From positions 386 through 64,385 of the forward strand of contig JAQWBQ010000015.1 in the NCBI GenBank assembly GCA_028706295.1: DNA of 64,000 bases. The letters are read 5' to 3'. The position numbers were made by a program, and so were the translations under genes. Shown here piece after piece: positions 18,635 through 27,439 of this stretch. The DNA comes from Bacteroidales bacterium. GTDB taxonomy: Bacteria > Bacteroidota > Bacteroidia > Bacteroidales > FEN-979. The notes beneath the pieces are model-generated. The model ran no database searches. It was not told the origin of the DNA and saw nothing but the letters and a program-made list of their open reading frames with translations. Within the stretch, counting starts at the first letter, position 1. Each line of letters begins with the position of its first letter.

Positions 18635-18655
18635 CAGACTCAAAAACTGAATAAC

Positions 18656-19648
18656 ATGGTTGAAACAGATATCAAAGAATTGAACGAGAAAATCCAGAAA
18701 GAGAGCGCTTTCGTTGACCTCGTGACCATGGAGATGCACAAGGTGATCATCGGTCAGAAACAAATGATCGAGCGTCTGATGATCGGTTTGCTGTCGAATG
18801 GCCACATTTTATTGGAAGGTGTCCCCGGACTGGCAAAAACCCTGGCCATCAAATCTCTGGCAAATTGCATTGATGCAAAATTCAGCAGGATCCAGTTCAC
18901 ACCCGATCTGTTACCTGCCGACCTCCTGGGTACCCTGATCTACAGTCAGAAGAAAGAGGAGTTCTCAGTCAGAAAAGGCCCCATCTTCGCCAATTTCATA
19001 CTCGCGGATGAAATAAACCGCAGCCCTGCAAAAGTTCAGAGTGCGCTTCTCGAAGCCATGCAGGAACGACAGGTCACCATCGGTGATGAGACGTTCAGGC
19101 TACCGGAGCCATTTCTGGTTCTGGCCACGGAAAACCCCATCGAACAGGAAGGAACTTATCCGCTTCCCGAAGCGCAGGTCGACCGGTTTATGCTTAAAGT
19201 GGTTATCGGGTATCCTGATAAAAAGGAGGAAAAACTGATCATCAGGCAAAACATCGGCAACGAAACATTTAATACCAGCCGGATTATCAAACCCGACGAT
19301 ATTTTAAGGGCACGTTCCATCGTCAGGGAGGTCTACCTCGATGAAAAAATAGAGAATTATATTACCGATATCGTTTTTGCAAGCAGGTTCCCGGGCGATT
19401 ATAAGCTGAAAAAGTTCGAAGGCCTGATCAGTTACGGCGGATCCCCGCGTGCAAGCATTTATCTTGCCCTCGCTGCAAAGGCCTACGCTTTTATCAAACG
19501 TCGTGGATACGTGATCCCCGAAGATATCAGAGCCGTTGCCCAGGATGTGATGCGCCACCGGATCGGCCTTACCTATGAGGCCGAAGCTGAAAACATCACC
19601 AGCGAAGACATCATCAACGAAATTCTGAATACGGTTGAAGTACCATAA
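18656..19648 (+). CDS. moxR: MoxR-family AAA+ ATPase (first gene of Bat operon)
   Basis: Walker A LLEGVPGLAKT and Walker B FILADEINRSPAK. About 330 aa, which is typical. Confidence 0.9.
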   Translation: MVETDIKELNEKIQKESAFVDLVTMEMHKVIIGQKQMIERLMIGLLSNGHILLEGVPGLAKTLAIKSLANCIDAKFSRIQFTPDLLPADLLGTLIYSQKKEEFSVRKGPIFANFILADEINRSPAKVQSALLEAMQERQVTIGDETFRLPEPFLVLATENPIEQEGTYPLPEAQVDRFMLKVVIGYPDKKEEKLIIRQNIGNETFNTSRIIKPDDILRARSIVREVYLDEKIENYITDIVFASRFPGDYKLKKFEGLISYGGSPRASIYLALAAKAYAFIKRRGYVIPEDIRAVAQDVMRHRIGLTYEAEAENITSEDIINEILNTVEVP

Positions 19649-19748
19649 CGGTGCGACGGACGCTTCATGGGTGGAAACATATTACTGACACCATTCCGTC
19701 TTCCGCCGAAATACCAATAAACCAACTTGTCCACTTACCGAATGAATA

Positions 19749-20624
19749 ATGGAGAGTTCCGAGCTTTTTAAAAAGGTCAGAAAAATAGAGATCAAGACCC
19801 GTGGATTGAGTCATCATATCTTTTCAGGGCAGTACCACTCCGTATTCAAAGGCCGGGGAATGGCTTTTTCCGAAGTCCGGGAATACCAACCGGGTGATGA
19901 CATCAGAAGCATCGACTGGAATGTCACGGCGCGTTTCAACCATCCCTATATCAAAGTTTTTGATGAAGAACGGGAATTGACGGTTGTACTGCTTATCGAT
20001 GTCAGCGCTTCCAACCATTACGGGACCAAAAAAAATCTCAAGAAGGATCTGATCACGGAAATTGCAGCTGTACTTGCTTTCAGCGCTATCCAGAACAACG
20101 ATAAAGTAGGGGTGATTTTCTTCAGTAAGACGGTTGAGAAATTCATTCCGCCTAAAAAAGGGACTTCGCATATACTCCGGATCATTCGCGAACTGATTGA
20201 ATTCAAACCCGTTCATCAGGGCACGAACCTTACCGAACCCTTGCGATTCCTGACCAACGCCATTAAGAAACGATGTACGGCCTTTCTGATCAGCGATTTC
20301 ATCGACAAAGGTTTTGAGGATGCCCTTAAAATTGCCGGTAAGAAACATGACCTGATCGCCGTCCGTATTCACGATCACCGGGAAACAGAACTTCCGGAGG
20401 TAGGCCTGATCAGGGCCAGGGATGCCGAATCCGGAAAACTTATATGGATCGATACTTCCGATCGCAACGTACGTCGCCATTATGATTTCTGGTACAAAAA
20501 ACATCGGGAATACCTCAACGACACGTTTATCCGAAGTGGGATCGATGCGGCCTCTGTCGCAACAGATGAGGATTATATTAAACCCCTGATGAAACTTTTT
20601 AAGAAGCGGGGCGCGCGCAGATAA
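19749..20624 (+). CDS. DUF58 domain protein (MoxR partner, VWA-like)
   Basis: 291 aa. IRSIDWNVTARF motif and LLIDVSASN (MIDAS-like). Canonical position after moxR. Confidence 0.8.
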   Translation: MESSELFKKVRKIEIKTRGLSHHIFSGQYHSVFKGRGMAFSEVREYQPGDDIRSIDWNVTARFNHPYIKVFDEERELTVVLLIDVSASNHYGTKKNLKKDLITEIAAVLAFSAIQNNDKVGVIFFSKTVEKFIPPKKGTSHILRIIRELIEFKPVHQGTNLTEPLRFLTNAIKKRCTAFLISDFIDKGFEDALKIAGKKHDLIAVRIHDHRETELPEVGLIRARDAESGKLIWIDTSDRNVRRHYDFWYKKHREYLNDTFIRSGIDAASVATDEDYIKPLMKLFKKRGARR

Positions 20625-20665
20625 ATCCGATCAACAACCTGTAATCAGGCAAAGAACAGCATACA

Positions 20666-21649
20666 ATGAAAAGAGCAAAACGGTGGTTCATTTTCTTAAT
20701 TCTTCTGGCATCCCTGAATGGCATGACGCAGAATGCCCGGGTATCCGCCAGCCTTGATACCAACGCGATGCTCATCGGTGATCATATCGGACTTACTTTG
20801 AAATTCACCGGACCGCCGAAAGCTCAGGTTATATGGCCATTCCTTCCGGATACCATTCTTGGAAATATTTCGGTTATCGGAAGGGGGAAAATCGATTCTT
20901 CATACGCTGGGAACCAGAAACAAATCACACTTTCTCAACAATTTACGCTGACCTGTTACGATTCGGGTTTTTATACCATTCCGCCCATTACATTCCGGTA
21001 TCGTGTGCTGCCTGATACCACGGTGCAATCGGTATCCAGCCAGTTGATTCCCCTGATGGTCCATACCCTGAAGGTTGATACGACGCAGGCCATCAAACCC
21101 ATTGCAGGCCCCCTCCGGGTTCCGATAACCTTTCGGGAGATTTTCCCCTGGATAATGCTTGCCATCGGCGTCATTTCAGCCATCGTGTTTGGTATCTGGT
21201 ATTACCATAAACGAAAAAAGAAACAGCCGGTTTTTCAACTGAAACCGAAGGATGTCCTGTCGCCGCACGAGATGGCCCTGCGTGAAATGGAAAAATTGCG
21301 GGTAAAGAAACTCTGGCAATCGGGAAAAGTTAAAGAATATCATTCGGAGCTTACCGAAATCCTTCGTAAATACATTGAAGAACGGTTTTCGGTGCCGGCA
21401 CTGGAACAGACCAGCGGTGAAATACTTGAAAGCCTTTCGGGAGTTTCTGATTGTCCGCGTACCGCACGCGAAAGGCTCAGGAATATGCTGATCCTTGCCG
21501 ATATGGTAAAGTTTGCAAAATCGGTTCCCCTCGCCTCGGAAAATGAACAAAGCCTGACCGACGGAATTGAATTTGTTTATGAAACCACTGGATCGGCAAA
21601 GACTGCACCACCGGAAGAAACCCTTACAAAAGGTGAAACCCGACAGTAA
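20666..21649 (+). CDS. Membrane-anchored Bat-operon protein (BatD-like N-terminal half, central TM, DUF4381-like C-terminal half)
   Basis: 327 aa. Signal peptide, TM helix (WIMLAIGVISAIVFGIWYY). C-terminal HEMALREMEKL ... YHSELTEILRKYIEERF resembles DUF4381 as I recall it. Occupies the ORF3 slot of the B. fragilis Bat operon. Confidence 0.55.
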   Translation: MKRAKRWFIFLILLASLNGMTQNARVSASLDTNAMLIGDHIGLTLKFTGPPKAQVIWPFLPDTILGNISVIGRGKIDSSYAGNQKQITLSQQFTLTCYDSGFYTIPPITFRYRVLPDTTVQSVSSQLIPLMVHTLKVDTTQAIKPIAGPLRVPITFREIFPWIMLAIGVISAIVFGIWYYHKRKKKQPVFQLKPKDVLSPHEMALREMEKLRVKKLWQSGKVKEYHSELTEILRKYIEERFSVPALEQTSGEILESLSGVSDCPRTARERLRNMLILADMVKFAKSVPLASENEQSLTDGIEFVYETTGSAKTAPPEETLTKGETRQ

Positions 21650-21779
21650 TAAATATGAGTAAAAACTTTAAGTTTTTTATTTTGACTTTTGAAATTTGAA
21701 TTTTGAGATATAGTTTTTTCCCTAATGGCTTATGGCCAATGCATAATGCCTTATTTAAATTTTGACATTTGAACTGGTT

Positions 21780-22775
21780 ATGTTTAAAACCCTGACCTTC
21801 GCGAATCCCGGATTCCTCTTTCTGTTGCTGGTTATTCCCGCGCTGGTGGCCTGGTATTTTTACCGCCGCAAGCGAAATTATGCCGATTTGCAGGTCAGCA
21901 GCATTGAAGGATTCGCGCGAACGGGTAAGAATTTCAGGATCTATCTTACATATGTTATTTATGGAGTCAGACTTCTGACCATAACGTTGCTGATCCTTGC
22001 ATTGGCCCGCCCACAGACCAGCCTCAGCCGTAAAGACATCAGTGTTGAAGGAATTGATCTGGTGATTGCCCTCGATGTAAGCGGTTCCATGTTGGCAATG
22101 GACTTCCGACCCGACCGCCTCGAAGCAGCCAAGGATGTTGCCATGGAATTTATCGATGGCCGGCCGGATGACCGGATCGGGTTGGTGATTTTCAGTGGAG
22201 AGACCTTTACACAATGTCCTTTGACCACCGATCATTCTGTTTTGAAAAACCTGTTCCGGGATATTCACAGCGGAATCATTGATGACGGTACCGCCCTCGG
22301 CGACGGACTGGCTACGGCTGTCAACAGGCTTCGGGGAAGCAAGGCAGTGAGCAGGGTTATCATCCTGCTCACCGACGGGGTTAACAACATGGGTTCGCTT
22401 GATCCACGGTCTGCTGCTGAGATTGCCAAACTTTACGGGATCCGGATTTATACCATCGGAATCGGTACCATGGGACAGGCTCCCTATCCGGTACAGACCC
22501 CCTTTGGAATGCAGACCCAGATGATGGATGTGCAGATCGACGAACCCCTGATGAAGGAGATTGCGAAAATGACCGATGGTAAGTATTTCAGGGCGACCAA
22601 CAAAGATAAACTTCGCGCCATCTATCAGGAAATTGATAAAATGGAGAAATCAAAGATCGATGTGACCGAATTCCGGAAGAAAAAAGAAGAATTCCTGCCA
22701 CTTGTTCTTGCTGCATTTATCCTGATGATACTGGAAGGCTTTATACGATATGTCATTCTGAGAAATATACCATAA
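21780..22775 (+). CDS. batA: BatA, membrane-anchored von Willebrand factor A protein
   Basis: MIDAS DLVIALDVSGSM, with N- and C-terminal TM helices. ATG 21780 (MFKTLTFANPGFLFLL) is preferred over the track TTG 21762. Confidence 0.85.
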   Translation: MFKTLTFANPGFLFLLLVIPALVAWYFYRRKRNYADLQVSSIEGFARTGKNFRIYLTYVIYGVRLLTITLLILALARPQTSLSRKDISVEGIDLVIALDVSGSMLAMDFRPDRLEAAKDVAMEFIDGRPDDRIGLVIFSGETFTQCPLTTDHSVLKNLFRDIHSGIIDDGTALGDGLATAVNRLRGSKAVSRVIILLTDGVNNMGSLDPRSAAEIAKLYGIRIYTIGIGTMGQAPYPVQTPFGMQTQMMDVQIDEPLMKEIAKMTDGKYFRATNKDKLRAIYQEIDKMEKSKIDVTEFRKKKEEFLPLVLAAFILMILEGFIRYVILRNIP

Positions 22776-22833
22776 CGTGCATTTTATTAAAGCAAATTCA
22801 AATTGAAATCATAAATCGTTAATTTATAAAGCT

Positions 22834-23862
22834 TTGTTCAGATTCGCAAATACCTATTATTTCTGGTTGTTCACCCTGATTCCGGTTTTTATCCTGCTAT
22901 TTCTTTTTTTTATGCACTGGAGAAAGAGGGCTCTCGAAAAATATGGTGAATTGATGGTGATCAGGCAGCTTATGCCGGGTTATTCCATGGCAAAACCCAT
23001 TGTTAAATGGATAGGGTTCCTGCTCATTTTGTCGCTGCTCATCATTGCCCTGGCAGATCCCCAAACCGGTTCGCGGCTGGAGAAGGTCAAACGAAAAGGA
23101 ATCGATTTGATGATTTGCCTCGATGTTTCCAATTCCATGATGGCTCAGGATATCAAACCCGACCGGCTGGAACGTGCCAAACAATCCATCATCAGATTGA
23201 TCGATAACCTGGAAGGCGATCGCATCGGAATCATCGTTTTTGCCGGGAAAGCCTATACCCAATTGCCCATAACAACAGATTACGCAGCCGCCAAGATGTT
23301 CATCACCACCATCAACACATCCGTTGTGCCGACCCAGGGGACTGCAATCGCCGAAGCCATAGAACTGGCGACCGGAAGCTTTGGCGAATCTAAACATAAT
23401 AAAGCCATTGTGATCATTACCGATGGTGAAGACCACGAAGGAAGCGTGCTTGAACAAACGGAGGCAGCCGTTAAAAAAGGGATCATGGTGTATGCCATCG
23501 GAATGGGATTGCCCGAAGGTGTGCCGATCCCGCAGTATTCGGGGAATGTCCAGATCGGATATAAAAAAGACCGGGAAGGGAACACCATCATGACCCGGCT
23601 CGATGAAACCCTCCTGCAACGAATTGCCAGCGTTGGAAAAGGAATGTATGTGAGGGCTACAACTTCTGAGACAGGACTTTCGAAGATCTTCGATGATATT
23701 GCAAAAATCCAGAAATCAGAGATCGAAGAAAAACAGTATAGTGATTATGAAGACCAGTTCCAGTATTTCGTGGCACTGGCCCTCTTCTTCCTGATTCTCG
23801 ATCTCTTTATTTTTGAGCGGAAAACAAAATGGTTGCAACAGGTCAAACTTTTTGAAAAATGA
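22834..23862 (+). CDS. batB: BatB, membrane-anchored von Willebrand factor A protein
   Basis: MIDAS DLMICLDVSNSM, flanking TM helices. TTG start (no in-frame ATG upstream). Confidence 0.85.
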   Translation: MFRFANTYYFWLFTLIPVFILLFLFFMHWRKRALEKYGELMVIRQLMPGYSMAKPIVKWIGFLLILSLLIIALADPQTGSRLEKVKRKGIDLMICLDVSNSMMAQDIKPDRLERAKQSIIRLIDNLEGDRIGIIVFAGKAYTQLPITTDYAAAKMFITTINTSVVPTQGTAIAEAIELATGSFGESKHNKAIVIITDGEDHEGSVLEQTEAAVKKGIMVYAIGMGLPEGVPIPQYSGNVQIGYKKDREGNTIMTRLDETLLQRIASVGKGMYVRATTSETGLSKIFDDIAKIQKSEIEEKQYSDYEDQFQYFVALALFFLILDLFIFERKTKWLQQVKLFEK

Positions 23863-24584
23863 TGGCATTATCTTCACGGGTATTAAGAAGATTATTCATT
23901 CGGGCGTTACCGGGTACCTGTTTGATTTTCTTGTTGTTAATTTTGCCTTCGACATCCTTTTCGCAAAAGGAAAATAAATTGTTACGCAAGGGCAATTCCG
24001 AATTTGAAAAGGGAAACTACAAAGAGGCTGAAAAAGATTATCGTAAAGCCCTCGAATTGAATAAGGGATCTGTTAAGGGTCAGTTTAATCTGGGTACGGC
24101 AGTATATAAAAACAATAACTTTGAAGAATCTGCCAAACTTTACAGCAGCATGGTGACCGGGAAACATGATAAAGAGACCCAGGCTAAAATGTTTCATAAT
24201 CTGGGTAATTCCTTCCTGCAATCCAAGGAGTACGAAAAAAGTATCGCGGCCTTTAAAAATTCATTGCTGAACGATCCCAGGAACAAGGATACGAAATACA
24301 ATCTCGAATATGCCAAAATGATGCTGAAAAAGCAGCAACAGCAACAGCAGCAAAATAAGGACAATAAAGACAAGCAAGACGAAAAAAAGGATCAGAAACA
24401 GGACCAGAACGATAAAAATGACAACAAGGATCAGCAGAAGCCACCCCAGGACCAGAAAAAAATAAGTAAGGAAGATGCTGACCGGATGCTGGAAGCGCTG
24501 AAAAATGATGAAAAAAAGACTATGCAGAAAGTAAATAAGCAAAAAGCCAAAGTGCAGGTCACAGGCGTGGAAAAAGATTGGTAA
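23859..24584 (+). CDS. batC: BatC, TPR protein with Q/K/D-rich low-complexity tail
   Basis: TPR repeats (GNYKEAEKDYRKALELN ...), then QQQQQQQNKDNKDKQDEKKDQKQDQNDKNDNKDQQK. ATGA overlap with the batB stop. Confidence 0.75.
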   Translation: MMALSSRVLRRLFIRALPGTCLIFLLLILPSTSFSQKENKLLRKGNSEFEKGNYKEAEKDYRKALELNKGSVKGQFNLGTAVYKNNNFEESAKLYSSMVTGKHDKETQAKMFHNLGNSFLQSKEYEKSIAAFKNSLLNDPRNKDTKYNLEYAKMMLKKQQQQQQQNKDNKDKQDEKKDQKQDQNDKNDNKDQQKPPQDQKKISKEDADRMLEALKNDEKKTMQKVNKQKAKVQVTGVEKDW

Positions 24585-24633
24585 TGATTCTCATTCAACA
24601 TGATTTTAACCCGGGAGTATTGATTTTTCTGAT

Positions 24634-26484
24634 ATGAGATATATATTGACGATAGCAATTCTCTTATCCTGCCTGTCATTGTATAGCCAGGATGTGCAGT
24701 TTACCGCTTCTGCCAAACAGACGGTTGCTGTCGGAGAGACCTTTACCCTCATGTACACGGTAAACAAAGAGGCTTCAGGCTTCAGAGGTCCGAATCTGCA
24801 GGGATTCGGAATGCTCAGCGGGCCCAACACAAGTACCAGCTCCTCGATCAGGTCGGTCAACGGGCGCACCACGATGACCATTACATACTCCTTTACCTAT
24901 CTTCTTCAGGCCATTAAAGAAGGGTCCTTTGATCTTGCCCCGGCTTCGGTGAATGTCGATGGAAAGCACTATACTTCAAACACCTTGAATATCAAGGTTG
25001 TCAAAAACCCAAATGTTCCGGCCGGCCAGAATCCTACCCTTCTGAGTAAAGGTCAATCCGGAAGCGGGACTTCGACCAGTGGCGGAAATGATGTATTTGT
25101 CAAGGCATTTGCCTCAAATTCAAATCCCCTCCAGGGTGAAGGCGTGGTAATTACCTATAAGATCTATACAAAAGTTCAGATTTCCGGGATCAATATAAGC
25201 AAAGCGCCGGCTTTCCCGGGTTTCTGGTCGCAGAACCTGACCAAGGACAATGATAAATTGCAGCCCACCACCCAGATGATCGACGGCGAACAATATCTGG
25301 TTGCCGACATCAGAAAGTATGCGCTCTATCCGTTGAAAACCGGGAAACTGATCGTTGATCCAATGGAACTGACCTGCGTGGCTCAGGTGCGAAAACAGAC
25401 AAAGACCCGGACCGGCGATCCGTTTTTCGACGATTTTTTTAATGATTCCTTTTTTAACTCGGGAATTGCCAATGTTGAAAAGAACCTGAAATCCAATCCG
25501 TTGGTCATTAATGCCCGCCCCCTGCCCGAGGAAGGAAAACCTGCCGATTTCAGTGGAGCCGTCGGTAATTTTACTTTTCGGACCGAGGTCGATAAATCGA
25601 GGTTGAAAACCAACGAAGCCGTTACCCTGAAATGCACCGTCAGCGGAAAAGGTAATATTCAGCTGATCGATAAAATGAATGTGGTTTTTCCACCCGATTT
25701 TGAAAATTATGATCCTAAAGTAACTAGCGATATTCAGACAACCGCTTCCGGGATAACCGGGAACCAGATTTTTGAGTACCTGCTGATACCGCGAAAACCG
25801 GGAAAGTTCACCATAAAGCCCATCAACTTCTCATATTATGATCTCGACAAAAAAAGATATATCACTTTAACCAGTCCTGAATTTACCCTGGATGTCGAAA
25901 AAGGGACCGGGGAGTCACAGGCAGTGATGACCTATTCGGGTGCCAACAAGGAGGAGATCAAATATATTGGCAGTGATATTCGTCATATTAAAGATGGAAT
26001 CATCGCCTTGAATCCTGCCGGTAAACTGTTTTTCGGTTCATTGGGGTTCTGGTTGTTTCTTGCTGTCCCCCTGGTGATATTTATAGTATTTCTGCTATTT
26101 TGGCGGAAACTGGCAGCGCGGCGTAATGATACCATCCTGATGAAAAATATTAAGGCCACCAAGATCGCACGCAAACACTTGAGAAAAGCAGAGGAATTTT
26201 GGAAATCAGGGGCCCAGGACGATTTCTATGTGGCAATTTCCCAGGCTTTATGGGGCTATCTGAGCGATAAATTCACCATCCCGCTGTCCGATTTGAGCAT
26301 CTCCTCGGTACACGATGCCCTCCAACAAAAAAATGTCAGTGAACAGATCATAACACAATTCATCGAAACTTTAAATAACACTGAATTTGCCAGGTTTGCG
26401 CCCGGCGAAAAAATGGTGAATATGGAGCGGATTTATAATGAAGCTCTTCAAATAATCACAAACATTGAACGGGAATTGAGGTAA
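24634..26484 (+). CDS. batD: BatD-like oxygen-tolerance protein
   Basis: 616 aa. Signal peptide, long beta-rich ectodomain, a late TM helix (FWLFLAVPLVIFIVFLLFW), cytoplasmic tail. Operon position matches BatD. Confidence 0.75.
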   Translation: MRYILTIAILLSCLSLYSQDVQFTASAKQTVAVGETFTLMYTVNKEASGFRGPNLQGFGMLSGPNTSTSSSIRSVNGRTTMTITYSFTYLLQAIKEGSFDLAPASVNVDGKHYTSNTLNIKVVKNPNVPAGQNPTLLSKGQSGSGTSTSGGNDVFVKAFASNSNPLQGEGVVITYKIYTKVQISGINISKAPAFPGFWSQNLTKDNDKLQPTTQMIDGEQYLVADIRKYALYPLKTGKLIVDPMELTCVAQVRKQTKTRTGDPFFDDFFNDSFFNSGIANVEKNLKSNPLVINARPLPEEGKPADFSGAVGNFTFRTEVDKSRLKTNEAVTLKCTVSGKGNIQLIDKMNVVFPPDFENYDPKVTSDIQTTASGITGNQIFEYLLIPRKPGKFTIKPINFSYYDLDKKRYITLTSPEFTLDVEKGTGESQAVMTYSGANKEEIKYIGSDIRHIKDGIIALNPAGKLFFGSLGFWLFLAVPLVIFIVFLLFWRKLAARRNDTILMKNIKATKIARKHLRKAEEFWKSGAQDDFYVAISQALWGYLSDKFTIPLSDLSISSVHDALQQKNVSEQIITQFIETLNNTEFARFAPGEKMVNMERIYNEALQIITNIERELR

Positions 26485-26490
26485 AAGATC

Positions 26491-27252
26491 ATGACAATGA
26501 AACAAATTATCGGGATCGTACTGATGATGTGCTTATCAGGATACCTTTATGCGGGGGATGAACAATTGTTGATTCAGAAAGGCAACAAAGCATATTCTCT
26601 GGGAAATTATCAGGAAGCTGTTCAATATTTCAGGAATGTTACTGACAGGGGGCTTGAAGCGCCGGAGCTTTATTACAATCTGGGCAACAGTTATTTTAAA
26701 ATGAACGATTTTCCGGCCGCCATTCTCTGGTACGAACGTGCAAAACGATTGGATCCATCCAATGAGGATATTATCTTCAATCTGAATGTGGCCAACACAA
26801 AAATTTCGGATAAAATTGAACCCCTTCCCGAAATGTTCTATCAACGCTGGTTCCGCGCCGTGGTTCAATTGGCTTCTATCGACGGATGGGCGAAATTCGG
26901 TGTGATTCTTTTTATTATTGGCCTTTTCTCCGGGATTCTGTACCTTGCTTCAGGCATTCTTGCCTTGAGAAAGATCGGTTTTGGAGTGGGTATTATCCTG
27001 ATAATTTTAGCCCTGTTTTCCTTCCTGTTTTCCTGGAGTGGGTACACCCGGAAACAATCAACCAACGAAGCGATAATTTTCACACCGACCATCACAGTCA
27101 AAAGCTCTCCCGATGAGAAAAGTACCGACCTTTTTGTAGTCCACGAAGGGACCAAGATCATACTTCTTGACCATATTGGTAATTGGTACGAGATCAGGAT
27201 TGCCAACGGAAGTGTCGGTTGGCTTCCGGCAACTGTACTCGAAAAAATCTGA
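26491..27252 (+). CDS. batE: BatE, TPR + TM + C-terminal SH3-like domain
   Basis: TPR (YYNLGNSYFKMNDFPAAILWYERAKRLDP), TM helices, and a C-terminal GNWYEIRIANGSVGWLP SH3b-type motif. Confidence 0.75.
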   Translation: MTMKQIIGIVLMMCLSGYLYAGDEQLLIQKGNKAYSLGNYQEAVQYFRNVTDRGLEAPELYYNLGNSYFKMNDFPAAILWYERAKRLDPSNEDIIFNLNVANTKISDKIEPLPEMFYQRWFRAVVQLASIDGWAKFGVILFIIGLFSGILYLASGILALRKIGFGVGIILIILALFSFLFSWSGYTRKQSTNEAIIFTPTITVKSSPDEKSTDLFVVHEGTKIILLDHIGNWYEIRIANGSVGWLPATVLEKI

Positions 27253-27336
27253 CCTGAATATCTTTCCGTATCCCTGTATTACCGATAAGGAGGGGCAAGT
27301 CATATATTTTTTTTTTGGAGAATAAAGTTTTTCCTT

Positions 27337-27344
27337 TATATTTG
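27337..27344 (+). promoter_or_regulatory. Putative -7 promoter box TATATTTG
   Basis: Exact TAnnTTTG about 95 nt upstream of ATG 27440, preceded by a 10-nt T tract at 27307-27316. Confidence 0.45.
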
Positions 27345-27439
27345 TTCGATTAAAGAAGGATCGGAAGTGATTGGCTTACAGTTTGATTTACAAAGCACTA
27401 AGAAATAATTCATCAAGAACTATATACGTAAAAATTAAA

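Noticed and set aside
19824-20504. 226-aa minus-strand ORF
   Set aside because: It lies fully inside the DUF58 gene on the opposite strand. It has no recognisable motif, and its composition (rich in F, P, G, R) is typical of antisense frames. The same reasoning applies to 21624-22268, 22897-23619, 23280-23591, 41117-41797, 44533-44985 and 60705-61205.
24332-24353. (CAG/CAA)7 tract in batC as a slipped-strand phase-variation switch
   Set aside because: The tract is an imperfect trinucleotide repeat, so slippage would stay in frame and only alter Q number. It cannot switch the gene off.
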